Source: an uncultured Planctomycetaceae bacterium (GTDB lineage: Bacteria > Planctomycetota > Planctomycetia > Planctomycetales > Planctomycetaceae). From it: DNA of 64,000 nt. Numbering within the stretch: position 1 is the stretch's first letter; every line of letters begins with the position of its first letter. Below are positions 32,560 through 43,681 of this stretch, piece after piece. The notes under the pieces were generated by a model that worked only from the letters and a program-made list of their open reading frames with translations, had not been told where the DNA came from and did no database searches. A program made the translations under genes and the position numbers. Where the stretch lies: contig CAWFGE010000019.1 of NCBI GenBank assembly GCA_963815195.1, positions 192,001-256,000 on the forward strand, given 5' to 3'.

Positions 32560-33414
32560 ATGAACCCTTTAGCTTCACAACAGAATTCCGTGATCGATCA
32601 GGAACCGCCCTACTCTCCCGCCTGGCATCAAATGTTGGAACGCATGCTGGGAGCGGCGGCGTGCCGGCAGTTGGGGTTTTATTCCATCCCCTCCGATATG
32701 CTGCTCTCGGTGGTGATTCCCATCTACAACGAGGAAAAGACGCTGCGGGAAATCGTCGAGCGGGTGCGGGCGGTGCCGATCCGCAAGGAGATCGTGCTGG
32801 TCGATGATTGCAGCCAGGACAAATCCCGCGAACTGATGCAGCAAATCGCCGCCGATGTCGCCGACCAGGCCGACGAGATGAACCACATCGTCACCGCCTT
32901 TCACGAAGTCAACCGCGGCAAGGGGGCGGCCCTCCGGACGGGCTTTGAACATGTCGGCGGCGATGTGGTGATTATTCAAGACGCCGACTTGGAATACGAT
33001 CCCTCCGAATTTCCGCGGCTGCTTCAGCCCATCATCGAGAACAAAGCCGACGTGGTTTACGGCAGCCGATTTCTGGGCGACCAGCCGCACCGGGTGCTGT
33101 ATTTCTGGCATTACCTGGGCAACAAGGTTTTAACGACGTTGTCCAACTGCTTCACCAATCTGAACCTGACGGACATGGAAACCTGCTACAAAGTTTTCCG
33201 CCGGCAGGTGATCGACGATGTCACGCCCCGGCTCAAGCAGAACCGCTTCGGCTTCGAACCGGAAATCACCGCCCGCATCGCCCGCCGGCGGTTCCGGGTT
33301 TTCGAAATGTCCGTCAGCTATTCCGGGCGGACTTACGAGCAGGGCAAGAAGATCGGCTGGCGGGACGGCGTCAAAGCCCTGTGGTGCATCATCCGCTACG
33401 GCGTTGCGGATTGA
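32560..33414 (+). CDS. Glycosyltransferase family 2 (DPM1-like)
   Basis: [44 protein letters not shown]. Confidence 0.93.
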   Translation: MNPLASQQNSVIDQEPPYSPAWHQMLERMLGAAACRQLGFYSIPSDMLLSVVIPIYNEEKTLREIVERVRAVPIRKEIVLVDDCSQDKSRELMQQIAADVADQADEMNHIVTAFHEVNRGKGAALRTGFEHVGGDVVIIQDADLEYDPSEFPRLLQPIIENKADVVYGSRFLGDQPHRVLYFWHYLGNKVLTTLSNCFTNLNLTDMETCYKVFRRQVIDDVTPRLKQNRFGFEPEITARIARRRFRVFEMSVSYSGRTYEQGKKIGWRDGVKALWCIIRYGVAD

Positions 33415-33432
33415 AGGTGGTTCGAAGCTGTC

Positions 33433-33600
33433 GTGACAAAAAAGACTTCTTTAACTCTGAGTAACGCAGAAGCTTTAGTCCTCTTTTGATCTTGATTCGC
33501 AGCTCGAAGCAATTCTTGTCGAGCCTCTGAGAGAAGATTACGAGCACGCTGTGAGCCGCGCAAAAGATGCATTGAGAGAAATGCACCCCAGCGAGAAGCC
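33433..33600 (+). pseudogene. Possible remnant of a small hypothetical gene
   Basis: Lower-GC patch reading VTKKTSLTLSNAEALVLF, then DLDSQLEAILVEPLREDYEHAVSRAKDALR in a shifted frame. Confidence 0.3.
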
Positions 33601-33697
33601 ACGATGGCGGATTGAGGATGGCAACGCCTTCGGTCAACCTCTATAATCCGCCTTCCAGCAAGAACCTTGCTCGAATATCCTCATCCAGGAGGTTCCG

Positions 33698-35458
33698 GTG
33701 TTTGCCGGTCCGATATTTCAACGCGAAACTCTGACCACGCCCCGGCAATTGCGGCATTTTCTGCTGCGGTCGGGTTATATCGCGGCGCTTTTGGTTTTGA
33801 TGTACACGGCGGGGCAAGTGACGTTCGGCTGGCAGCAGGTGCGGAGCGTGGGGGCGCTCGCCCGCTTCGGGAACCTGGTGTTTCAGGTGTTCTCGCTCGT
33901 GCAGCTCTCGCTGGTTTTGTTTTTTGCGATGTTGTTCACGGCGGGAAACATCGCCCAGGAAAAAGACCGCCGGACGCTGATTCTCTTGTTGATGACCGAC
34001 ATGCAGGACCGCGAACTCGTCCTGGGCAAACTCTGGGCGAGCCTGCTCAACGTCGGGGTGCTGATCGCCGTCTCGGTCCCGGCGTTTGTTCTGGTGCATG
34101 CGTTTGGGGGCGTGACGTTAAGCCAAATCCTCTGGGCGGTCGCCCTCTGTGCGGCCACGGCGTTCGCCGCCGGGAGTTGGGGAGCGTTGGTCGCCTTCTG
34201 GCGGGAGAAAACCTTCCAGACGCTCGCGGTGGGCGTGTTGGGGTTGGTCCTGTATTTGGGAATCCTCAAGTCGGCGATCCTGCTCGCCGGCAGCGAAACC
34301 ACCGTCGGGCGATGGCTGGGCGTTTTTGATCCATACGACGCATTGATGGCCGTCCTCAATCCGCTGTCGCAATATACGGGGTTGGAACCGGTGCATGTGA
34401 CCGCGCTGGCTCCGGTGCTGGCGATGCTGGGGTTGGGGATTGCGTTGAACCTGACGACCATCGCCCGGCTGCGGGTGTGGAATCCGTCGCGGTTCATCTA
34501 CACCCAGACCGAGATGAAGTCCGAGGACGAAGCCGCCGGCGACGAGGCCCAGGTCCGCAAAACCCGCACGCGCAACGTGTGGGCGAACCCCGTGCTCTGG
34601 CGGGAAATCCGCACGCGGGCCTACGGGCGGAAAGTCATTTTCATCAAGCTCGCCTATCTGGTGCTCGCGGGGTTTGTGCTGTCGTCGCTCGCGGAAACGA
34701 CCGCGGCGGGTGCCGAGTCCGCCGACAAAATCCTGGGGATGGTCTCGGCCCCCGCGTTTGCGTTTATCGCGCTCACGATCATCAGCTTGATGCTCATCAA
34801 CGCCCAAGCGGTCACGTCCCTCACCACCGAACGCGACGGCAAAACCCTGGAACTCCTGCTGGTCACCGACATCACCGCGCCGGAATTCGTGTTCGGGAAA
34901 CTGGGCGGCGTGCTCTATAACACCAAGGAACTCATCATCGTGCCCCTCTTGATGATCGGCTGGTTCGCCTACCGCGGCTATTTGACCTTGGAGCAGATGA
35001 CGTTCCTCTTCGCCGGCTTTCTCACGCTCGTGGCGTTCGTGGGGGCGCTCGGCCTGCATGCGGGCTTGAGCTTCGACAACTCCCGCTCCGCCATCGCCAA
35101 CAGCCTGGGCACGATTTTCTTTCTGTTCATCGGCATTTTTATCTTTATGATGCTGCTCGTGGAAGCGAGTTCCTCGTTTGTCCTGCAGTTCCAGAGTTTT
35201 ATCATCTTCATCGGCGCGGGAAGCATCGCGCTCTATACTTCCCTGCGGCACAAAATTCCGTCCGTGGCTTTGACGATCTCCGCGTTCACGCTGCCTTTCT
35301 TGACGTTCTATGCGATTACGTCGTTTTTGCTCGGGCATTATCTGGGGGTCTGCCTGGTGATTGTGACCGCCTACGGGTTCCCGGTCATCGCCATGCTGGT
35401 CCCCGCCGTCAGCGAATTCGATATGGCCCTCGGCCGCACGACCCTCGATCGCGGCTAA
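33698..35458 (+). CDS. ABC-2-type transporter permease-like membrane protein (duplicated domain)
   Basis: Many TM helices; EKDRRTLILLLMT...LVLGK and ERDGKTLELLLVT...FVFGK; NPVLWREI. Confidence 0.85.
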   Translation: MFAGPIFQRETLTTPRQLRHFLLRSGYIAALLVLMYTAGQVTFGWQQVRSVGALARFGNLVFQVFSLVQLSLVLFFAMLFTAGNIAQEKDRRTLILLLMTDMQDRELVLGKLWASLLNVGVLIAVSVPAFVLVHAFGGVTLSQILWAVALCAATAFAAGSWGALVAFWREKTFQTLAVGVLGLVLYLGILKSAILLAGSETTVGRWLGVFDPYDALMAVLNPLSQYTGLEPVHVTALAPVLAMLGLGIALNLTTIARLRVWNPSRFIYTQTEMKSEDEAAGDEAQVRKTRTRNVWANPVLWREIRTRAYGRKVIFIKLAYLVLAGFVLSSLAETTAAGAESADKILGMVSAPAFAFIALTIISLMLINAQAVTSLTTERDGKTLELLLVTDITAPEFVFGKLGGVLYNTKELIIVPLLMIGWFAYRGYLTLEQMTFLFAGFLTLVAFVGALGLHAGLSFDNSRSAIANSLGTIFFLFIGIFIFMMLLVEASSSFVLQFQSFIIFIGAGSIALYTSLRHKIPSVALTISAFTLPFLTFYAITSFLLGHYLGVCLVIVTAYGFPVIAMLVPAVSEFDMALGRTTLDRG

Positions 35459-35475
35459 CCTTTTGACGTTTCAGG

Positions 35476-36744
35476 ATGAGCGAGTTTTTGCAATTGATGG
35501 CGGGCGAGGCGCATTGGATGCTGACCATGTGCCTGTTGATGCTGGGGTCCGCGTTTTTTTCATCGTGCGAAACGGCGCTGTTTTTTCTGTCGCACGACGA
35601 ACTGCGGGCGTTCCGCATGGGCCCGGCTCGCGAGCGGATCGTGGCTCAACTCTTGAGCCAGCCCGACCGCCTGCTCAGCGCGATTTTGTTCTGGAACCTC
35701 ATCATCAACCTCACCTATTTCGCGGTGAGCGTCATCGTCGCCCATCAGTTGGCCAATTCCGGCCAGAACGCCGCGGCGGGGGCGTTTAGCCTGGTGAGCG
35801 TGTTCGGGATCATTCTCCTGGGCGAGGTGCTCCCGAAAAGTTTCGCCGTCGTGTTTCGCCGGCGGTGGGCGAAGGCCGTAGGCTGGCCGCTGGCGGCGGC
35901 GGTCCGGGTCTTGGATCCCCTGCTGCCGAAGCTCGACCGGCTCACGCGGGCGGCCCGGCGGACGTTTTGGCCCCAGATCAAACGCGAACCCTATCTCGAC
36001 GCGGACGACTTGGAACGGGCGGTCGAAGCGTCCAAACTCAGCGCGGACGTGGTCCGGCAGGAACGCCAGCTTCTGCACAACATCCTCGATCTCTCCGAGA
36101 TCACGGTGGAGGAAGTCATGCGGCCGCGGGGCACGTATTTCTCGGCGAAGTCCCCCCTGAGCTTGTCCGAGTTCCACGGCGAAGTCCCGCCCGGCGATTA
36201 TGTCGCGATCTATGCGCCCCAGTCGGACGAGATCACCGCCGCCGTGCCTTTGACGAGTTTCAGCCATGTCCCCGAAACGCACCTGGAAGAAGCCGCCGAG
36301 TCGGTGCCCTACGTGCCCTGGTGCGCGGACTTGGCGTTTACCCTGCAACTCCTCCGCGAGCAGTTTTCGGGCATGGGGGCGGTGGTCAACGAATACGGCG
36401 AGACCATCGGCATCGTCCTGGCGGAGGACATTCTGGACACCGTGTTGATGGCCCAGCCCAGCCGGGCCCGCAGGCTGCTCGAACGCGAGCCCGTGCTGGA
36501 AGTCAGCCCCGGCAAGTATCATGTCGAGGGCATCACGACGCTTAGGTATTTGTGCAAACGGCTGGGGATCGAATACGATTCGGACGAAGAGGATTTCGTG
36601 ACCGTGGCGGGCATGATGCACGAAGAACTCGAACACCTCCCCGCCGTGGGCGATGCGTGTTCCTGGAGAGGCTATGAAGTGAAAGTCATCGAAGTCATCG
36701 GCCGCGGCCGAGTCCGTGTGATGCTCTCGAAAGAGGAAGGATAG
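35476..36744 (+). CDS. CNNM (DUF21) + CBS + CorC domain protein
   Basis: SAFFSSCETALF, GEVLPKS, VEEVMRPR, VVNEYGETIGIV, TVAGM. Confidence 0.9.
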   Translation: MSEFLQLMAGEAHWMLTMCLLMLGSAFFSSCETALFFLSHDELRAFRMGPARERIVAQLLSQPDRLLSAILFWNLIINLTYFAVSVIVAHQLANSGQNAAAGAFSLVSVFGIILLGEVLPKSFAVVFRRRWAKAVGWPLAAAVRVLDPLLPKLDRLTRAARRTFWPQIKREPYLDADDLERAVEASKLSADVVRQERQLLHNILDLSEITVEEVMRPRGTYFSAKSPLSLSEFHGEVPPGDYVAIYAPQSDEITAAVPLTSFSHVPETHLEEAAESVPYVPWCADLAFTLQLLREQFSGMGAVVNEYGETIGIVLAEDILDTVLMAQPSRARRLLEREPVLEVSPGKYHVEGITTLRYLCKRLGIEYDSDEEDFVTVAGMMHEELEHLPAVGDACSWRGYEVKVIEVIGRGRVRVMLSKEEG

Positions 36745-36775
36745 ACGGCGGAACCGGCTCGCCGATTTCCCTTCT

Positions 36776-38840
36776 TCAATCCACCGGGCGGGACGGGCGC
36801 GGGCGGCGCATGCGGTAGCGTTTGAGCTTGCGGTCCAACGTGGAGCGTTCGATGCCCAGGATCTGGGCGGCGCGGGACTTGTTCCAATCGGTCCAATCCA
36901 GCGTGGCCAGGATGTGCTCTCGCTCGAGAGCTTCCAGGCTCACCTCGCGGTAGCCGGCGGGTGTGGTCATGTCGGGCTGGTCGGGCTTTTCGGCCCGCAA
37001 TGTCGAGAGCTGAATGTCTCCCGCCGTGACCTCATTGGCCTGGCAGAGAATCACCGACCGCTCGATGACGTTTTGCAGCTCGCGGACGTTGCCCGGCCAG
37101 TTGTAATGGAGCAGCGATTCGAGCACCCCCGGCTGAAGCCCGTGATCGGGCGGTTCGTCTTTTGGGCGGAGCGCTCGAGGAAATGTTTCGCGAGCAGCGG
37201 GATGTCCGAGCGGCGCTCCCTGAGCGGCACCACGACCAACTCCACGACGTGCAGGCGGAAGTAAAGGTCTTTGCGGAACGTGCCCTGGCCCACGGCTTCT
37301 TCGAGATCGCGGTTGGTGGCGGCGACGACGCGGACATTGACGGAAATCGGCGTGCTCCCGCCCACGCGCTCGAAGGGATGCCCTTCCAAAACCCTGAGGA
37401 ACTTCGCCTGGATCGCCTGGCTCATCTCGCCGACTTCATCGAGGAACAAGGTGCCCTTGTGGGCCTGCTCGAACTTGCCGGACTTGCGGCTGGTCGCCCC
37501 GGTGAAGGAACCTTTCTCGTGCCCGAAGAGCTCGCTTTCCAAGAGGCTCTCGCTGAGGGCGGCGCAGTTCATGCACACGAACGGCCCGTCGCGGCGGTCG
37601 CTGTTGAAGTGAATCGCCCGGGCCACCAGTTCTTTCCCGACGCCGCTTTCCCCGCGAATGAGTGCGGTGGCGTCGGTGGGGGCGATGCGGCGGATCGTTT
37701 CCCGCAGCTGCTGGATGGGCCGGCTTTCACCCACCAGCTCGCCGTCGAGCTCCAACTGCCGGCGGAGGGTTTTGTTCTCGTCGGTCGCGCGCACAGGCCG
37801 TCGGCCAGCGATTCCCGCTCGATGAAATGTTGGAGCACGACCGCCATCTGATCGGCGACCGCGAGCGTGAACTCCAGATCGTCCGGCTTGAGCGGCTTTT
37901 CGGGATCGGTCGAATACAAATGCACGAGGCCGTGGAGCGTGTCGTTGTTGCGGATGGGAGCGCAAATCACGCTCTGCACGCGAATCTCTTCCAGGCTTTC
38001 GCGGTTGGACAGTTTGGAATCGTCGGTGATGTCGCGGGCAAGCACGGCTTCGCGGCGATCGAGGACAATTTTGGAAAGGTATTCCGAAACCTGCTCGTAG
38101 GCCGAGTCGGTCTCCGCCCGGTACACGGCTTGATATAGCTGGTCGGGCGTGGGCGTGCCTTGGGAGGGCTCGTGCAACAGCAGAATCGCCCCGATGTCCG
38201 CCGGCGTCGCGGCAAACAGGCCCGTGAGCACCATCCGCGCGAGGGCCCGCGAATCGGAGGCGTTGCCCATCTCGAGGGCCAGGCGGTACAGGCTCGCCAG
38301 TTCCCGGCTGATGCGTTCGCGTCCGACGAGTTCGTCCGCCGAGGCGTCGCGGAAGCGGGATTTGCGGGTGCGGTGGATGATCTCCGCGCTCGAGCCGCCC
38401 TCGGCGTTGGGCGAGATGATGGAAATATCGGTCGCCGTGTCGGTGGGGCGGTCCAGCATTTCCCGCTCGCTGCTTTCGACAAACGGGCGGAACGGTTTGG
38501 AGATGTCGTAGGTGAAGCCGATCTCGCATTCGCCGATCTGGATGATCTCGCCGTCCTCGAGTTCCCAATCCGAGGTGACCGGTTCGCCGCTGACGAGGGT
38601 TCCGTTTCGGCTGCCCAGGTCGCGGAGCGTCCAGTGGGGGCCGTTTTGAAGAATCTCGCAGTGGTTCCGGCTGCAGACTTCGTCGGAGAGCACGATGCGG
38701 TTCGTCGGCGCACGGCCGACGGTGGTGACCTTGCCGGGCATCAGGCGGAACACATCCCGCCAGGAGGACCCGTCGCGGATGAGCAAATACGCCGGGCGAT
38801 CCCAGTCTTCGGAAGAAATGGAGGAGGAATCTGTGGGCAT
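36776..38840 (-). CDS. Sigma-54 enhancer-binding protein with FHA and GAF domains; apparent frameshifts near 37790 and 37130
   Basis: FHA GRAP...SRNH...[60 protein letters not shown]; Fis-type HTH. Confidence 0.92.
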
Positions 38841-39064
38841 TACCGCCAAGGGGATAAGAAAAAGGACAGGAAACCAAGGTCAGGGGTCAGGGAAAGCATA
38901 TCGGACGCAAATCGGAATCTGCAAGGACGCGCCCCGGCGCGGTACTCTTGCACTTGGCCCGCCCTTTTTGCATTCTAGTGTTTTGCCGCCCGGCCGGTGA
39001 ATGGGGATGTTTTGATCTGAAGAGGAATTCCGTCACACTCTTATCATACGAAAGATTGCCTCCG

Positions 39065-40314
39065 ATGCCCACAATTTGCTTTGCGAACTTTCGCCGATTC
39101 ACGTTTCTTCTGGCCTTGTTCCTCTTCGCCGGGTCCGCCCAGGCGGAGAATTGGACTCGCTTCCGCGGCGACAACGGCAACGGCGTCAGCGGACAGGAGG
39201 GGATTCCCGTCACCTGGAGCCCCGGCGATTACGAATGGAACATCGAGCTGCCCGGCCTCGGGCATTCGTCCCCGGTGATTTATGGCAATCGGTTGTTCGT
39301 GACCACCGCCGTCGACGATGGGGCGGTGCGGTACTTGTACGCCCTGGACGCCTCGACCGGGAAGGAAATCTGGTCTCAGGCGGTGGGCTACAACAAGAGC
39401 CATAAGCACAACAAAAGCAGTTGGGCCTCGAGCACGCCCGCGACCGACGGCGAGCGGGTGTACGTCGCCTTCGCCGATGAGGAACGCTACACGTTGGCGG
39501 CGTGGGATTTTGACGGCCGGCTCGTCTGGCGGCGGAATCTGGGGCCGTTCGTCAGCCAGCACGGGCAAGGCGTGTCGCCGATGGTGTTCGAGGGGATGGT
39601 GATTATGGCCAACGATCAAATGGGCCGAACTCCATCATCGCCTTGGAGGCCAAGACCGGCAAAACCGTGTGGAGCACGCTGCGGGATGTGCGGCGGACTT
39701 CGTACGCGACGCCGATGATCTACCAAAAGGAGGGCCAAAAACCGCAGTTGATCTGCGTCAGCGGCGCGATGGGCGTGACCAGCCTGGACCCGTACACGGG
39801 GAAGATGAACTGGATGACGGGGGAGTTTCCGCTCCGCACCGTGGCGTCTCCGGTGGCGGGCGACGATCTGATCATCGCGTCCTGCGGAGGCGGAGGCGTG
39901 GGCAAACTGTTGATCGCGGTCAATCCCAACGCCAACGAAGCCGCGGGCGAGCCGCGGATTGTTTACGAGCGCGAACGCATCCTGCCCTACGTCCCCACGC
40001 CGGTGATTTACGAAGGGCATCTCTACCTGTGGAACGACAACGGCGTGGTGAGTTGCGTGGAGCTCAAGACGGGCAAGAACATCTGGACCAAGCGCGTGGG
40101 CGGCAATTACAGCGGCTCGACGGTCGTCGTCGACGGCAGAATCTACATCATGAGCGAAGAGGGCAAATGCGTTGTGATCGCGGCGTCGCCCAAGTTTGAA
40201 AAGCTCGCCGAGAACGACCTGGGCGATCCCAGCCACGCCACGCCCGCCGTCGCGGGCGGCCGGTTGTATCTCCGCACCTTCCACCGCCTGATGTGCCTCA
40301 AAGCCGAGGAATAA
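39065..40314 (+). CDS. PQQ-binding-like beta-propeller protein; apparent frameshift near 39625
   Basis: ENWTRFRGDNGNG, GHSSP, SSTPATDG, SYATP, ATPAVAGGRLYLR. Confidence 0.9.
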
Positions 40315-40440
40315 TGCCCGGCGACGGAAAAGTGCAAGCCGATACGCGCGAGATTCCGCGCTGCGCAAGAAACAACGGCCCAACGATGGGCCGTTGTTTC
40401 TTGCCGGCGGCCCGAAGCCGCCCTTACGGAAAACTGCGCG

Positions 40441-40644
40441 TCAATTGGCGGCCTGCCAGTTGTATTTGGAGAGTTCGACCGTGAGCAGGGCACAGCCTGT
40501 GACGACGGCCAGAAAGCCGGCCATCAACAGGGCGGTGTAGGCGTCGAGAGGCGGTTTGTCGGAAGAGGATCCGCCTTTGGCTTTTTTGGTTTTGGTGGTT
40601 TTGGTGGCTTTGGGCTTTTTCGCTTTAGATTTTCGTGGTGACAT
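40441..40644 (-). CDS. Small membrane protein with lysine-rich N-terminus
   Basis: 67 aa, one TM helix; overlaps the upstream gene's end. Confidence 0.6.
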   Translation of the reverse strand: MSPRKSKAKKPKATKTTKTKKAKGGSSSDKPPLDAYTALLMAGFLAVVTGCALLTVELSKYNWQAAN

Positions 40645-41566
40645 AATCTCCCCGCTGAATGATGCCGTTTTTCGATTTTTGGATCACCTTGCCGACGGCG
40701 CGGTCCGCCTGAACATAGACTAACTGCATCCGGCCAAGATATTGGCCTCCGTTCGTGGTGCGATAGATGTCGAGTTCGTGGCCTAGAGAAAGCCCGTCGT
40801 CGCTGCCGATGGAGATTTCCACAAGCTCGTTGCCGCCCGTCCGCTGGGGGGTTTTGGTGTTAAAGACGAGGCCCCGCACCAGCGGCGGCGGTTCGTCCTT
40901 GGCCAAGGCTTCCTCTTCGTTGATACCTTCTTTGCGAATGACTTCCTGCAAATAGGCCACGTGCTGGAGCAAGCCCTTGTGCTTGGTGTTCATGCTGCGG
41001 GCCGCGGTCTCGTTGTTGAACAACTCGTCCTTCAGGGTGAAGACTTCATCCTGGAGGCCCGCGACCTGTTTGTTCAAGTTCTTGTTGGTTTCTTTGAGCT
41101 TGATCGCTTCCTCGGCGCGTTCCTTGGATTCCTTCTCGGCGTATTCGTTTTTAATTTTTTCGCGGTTGAAGTTGTCGTCGGATTCCATGAGTTCCTTCTC
41201 TTTGGCCGCGAGCTGCCGCTCCAGGTTGGCGGCTTTCGTTTCCGCAATTTCCGCCCGCGTGGCGAGGGCCGCGAGCTGCGTCCGCATGCCTTTGTCCTCG
41301 ATATGACCCGCAAACGTGTCGATATTGGCGATGTAGCCCTCGATGTCCTGCTGGATCGACTGCGTCGCCGCCAGGTCCTTGTTGAGGAGCGAGATTTCCT
41401 CGTCCTTTTGGGCGATGTCCTGTTCCCTGCTCTGGAGGTCCGCGACTTTCTGGTCGTAGGCCGTCTTCCAGTCCTGTTGGACGGTATACACCGCCCCGGC
41501 GAACGCCATGAAACATAGACTCAAAATCACTTGCACAATCACCAGGACTTTGCCGACGAAAGTCAT
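40625..41566 (-). CDS. Membrane-anchored coiled-coil protein with C-terminal beta domain
   Basis: N-terminal TM, heptads, VEISIGSDDGL...YLG...AVG. Confidence 0.8.
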   Translation of the reverse strand: MTFVGKVLVIVQVILSLCFMAFAGAVYTVQQDWKTAYDQKVADLQSREQDIAQKDEEISLLNKDLAATQSIQQDIEGYIANIDTFAGHIEDKGMRTQLAALATRAEIAETKAANLERQLAAKEKELMESDDNFNREKIKNEYAEKESKERAEEAIKLKETNKNLNKQVAGLQDEVFTLKDELFNNETAARSMNTKHKGLLQHVAYLQEVIRKEGINEEEALAKDEPPPLVRGLVFNTKTPQRTGGNELVEISIGSDDGLSLGHELDIYRTTNGGQYLGRMQLVYVQADRAVGKVIQKSKNGIIQRGDYVTTKI

Positions 41567-41568
41567 CC

Positions 41569-42411
41569 TCAGGTCTCCAAACAATTAAAGATTGGAAGTG
41601 TTTGCCGTTGTTGTATCCGAACCCGCACGAGTGGGCTTTTGACGGTGGTCCGCTGCGGCTTACGAGCCGGTTCCAGTTTGCGTCGCCGGGACCGGTTCGG
41701 GTTCTTCATAGTTCGAGCGCTTCCTGCGCTGACGAGCCCGCGAAGCTGCTGGTTTCGCTCTTTCAACCGCGCGATCACGCCCTGATACCGCTCCCAGGTG
41801 TCCCGCAGTTTTTTCTGATGTTCCACGGACCGGAACCGATCGGCGTCGGACTCGGCCACGTAATTCCGCAAGCGGTAGATGTCTTCCCGCCGCTCTTCCG
41901 CCGACGCGAATTTCAACTCGGCGTCGCGGGCTTTCTGGCTGACCTCCTGCGTCGTCTGCACCAAAGCCGCGCTGAGGTTGGCGAGTTCCTCTTCCAACCG
42001 CTGGCGGTATTGCTTGAGCGCCCGAATGTCCTGCAGAATCAGGGCTTTGATGCCTTCGTTGGGATCGTTGATGGAAAACTCGAAGCCTTCGATCCCCACG
42101 ATGCTCTTCGCCTGATCCCCTTGCTCCAATAGCGCGATCCGCTGCTGCTGGCGGGTTTGGATGTCGTTGAGCACATCGACGATTTTGGGGGGGAGCGCCT
42201 TGTCGGCGCCGCCGGCCGGCTGCTGGTCGTCCCGGACTTTTGCCGACCACTCGGGATTTTCGCCGCCGGAGTTTTCGAAGGTGTAGTTGTCGAACTCGTG
42301 GGTCATGCCTTCCCAGTTCGGGCCGGCGACGAGGGACACCATCACAAATCCGAGAAACGCAAAGCTCGCCGCCGTGATGAAAAGTGCCAGGATCTTGCTG
42401 AGGGTGGTCAT
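41569..42411 (-). CDS. Membrane-anchored coiled-coil protein; true stop may be 41660 if an indel lies near 41735
   Basis: N-terminal TM (MTTLSKIL) similar to the neighbour's (MTFVGKVL), followed by heptads. Confidence 0.75.
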   Translation of the reverse strand: MTTLSKILALFITAASFAFLGFVMVSLVAGPNWEGMTHEFDNYTFENSGGENPEWSAKVRDDQQPAGGADKALPPKIVDVLNDIQTRQQQRIALLEQGDQAKSIVGIEGFEFSINDPNEGIKALILQDIRALKQYRQRLEEELANLSAALVQTTQEVSQKARDAELKFASAEERREDIYRLRNYVAESDADRFRSVEHQKKLRDTWERYQGVIARLKERNQQLRGLVSAGSARTMKNPNRSRRRKLEPARKPQRTTVKSPLVRVRIQQRQTLPIFNCLET

Positions 42412-42966
42412 CAGGATGACAATCTTGGGTGGACTTGGGTGAAATCGTGGGAACCCGGTTGGAAGTGCTTCGGCAAAATCTGACTATACCAGACTTTACA
42501 CCAAAAATCACCGAATATTCCCGCGGGAAGGGGAATTTCCCAAGGGAATGGAAAAAGGTTCGGATTAAGACAGGCTGATGCGACGGCGTTCATCAAACAC
42601 CATCAGCGCTTGAGGACACCGCCCTCTGAAAGATTATAGGGGAGCGAAAAAACGAGAGTCAAATGGTAATCCGCGATTTTGTTCGACGACGCCCGTCTTG
42701 GAAAACCCAAAATCCGAATCTCGCAATCGAAACCTCGGATTTTCGTGTTTCGGATGTCCACGGGAAGGCCTCTCCCGCAACAATCCCGCACTTTTTGGCG
42801 GTTCTATCGAAGATTCCGGTTCTCCCGGTCGATACTTATGGTGCGGCGGATCCTGATCGTCAAAACCACGGCAGTCCGTGCCAACCACGCCGTCGTCGTC
42901 TTGTTCAATCGAGACGCACGAACACGCGTCTAGTTCATCCACACCGGGACGAGGGGTGTCTCTCTC

Positions 42967-43263
42967 ATGGATCGCAAAAAATTCACCCGCTGGTCGCAAG
43001 CGGCCGCCCTCGCCGGGGGACTGGGCGTGGCGGTACTCGCTACGGGCTGCCAAACCACTGTCGGCGGTCAAACGCTTCCCTCGGCCTATTACCTCCTGGA
43101 CGATGTGCAATACTTCCCCCACGGCCCGGAATTCGTGCTGACGAAAGAAGTCGAAGAGCACGAGAACTACCGGCTCAGGCAACAAGCCATCAATCAAGGG
43201 ATCAATCCAAACGCGGTGGCCCCGCCACCGCCCGCTGCGGGAGCCCCGCCCGTCGGTCCCTGA
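42967..43263 (+). CDS. Small lipoprotein
   Basis: RBS-like GAGGGG; lipobox LATGC; compact core GGQTLPSAYYLLDDVQYFPHGPEF. Confidence 0.8.
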   Translation: MDRKKFTRWSQAAALAGGLGVAVLATGCQTTVGGQTLPSAYYLLDDVQYFPHGPEFVLTKEVEEHENYRLRQQAINQGINPNAVAPPPPAAGAPPVGP

Positions 43264-43328
43264 TGTTCGGGCCGCAATCCGAAACTCCCTCCAACTCACT
43301 TTCAGGCAGACACGCGCAGTAATCGCGT

Positions 43329-43475
43329 GCGGCGGTCGGCCAACCGTGCGGACTTCTCTTGCGAGACACCGCACCGGCTTTCCGCCGCCAGGGGGGACGG
43401 TTCCCTCCGCAGGCCAGCGGCTTCTGATGTCCTGAGCTTTCAGGTCCGTCCGAAGCCGCCGGCCTGCGGAGGGAA
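43329..43475. other. Two adjacent long hairpins
   Basis: GCGGCGG/CCGCCGC enclosing GTGCGG/CCGCAC (43329-43388); 24-bp arms with one mismatch (43401-43475). Confidence 0.6.
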
Positions 43476-43681
43476 TTTCTCATTGGGGACGGGAGAAACT
43501 TGCGACGGGCTGAATCCTGCGCGCACAATTCGGCGCGTTTTTCGGTTAAAATCCGAAGCACGAAATCTTAAATCCGGCAACGAGAAGCCGGTTGACCCAC
43601 TCCCGGGCGATTGCGAACAATGGGGAACGCCCCGCAAACCCGGTAGAATTCCCAAGCCACTTTGATGCTATGGTTACTGAG

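Noticed and set aside
43436..43465. Resemblance to SRP RNA helix 8 (TCAGGTCCG...GAAGCCGCC)
   Set aside because: No GNRA tetraloop and no AGCAG; the segment is part of a different long stem.
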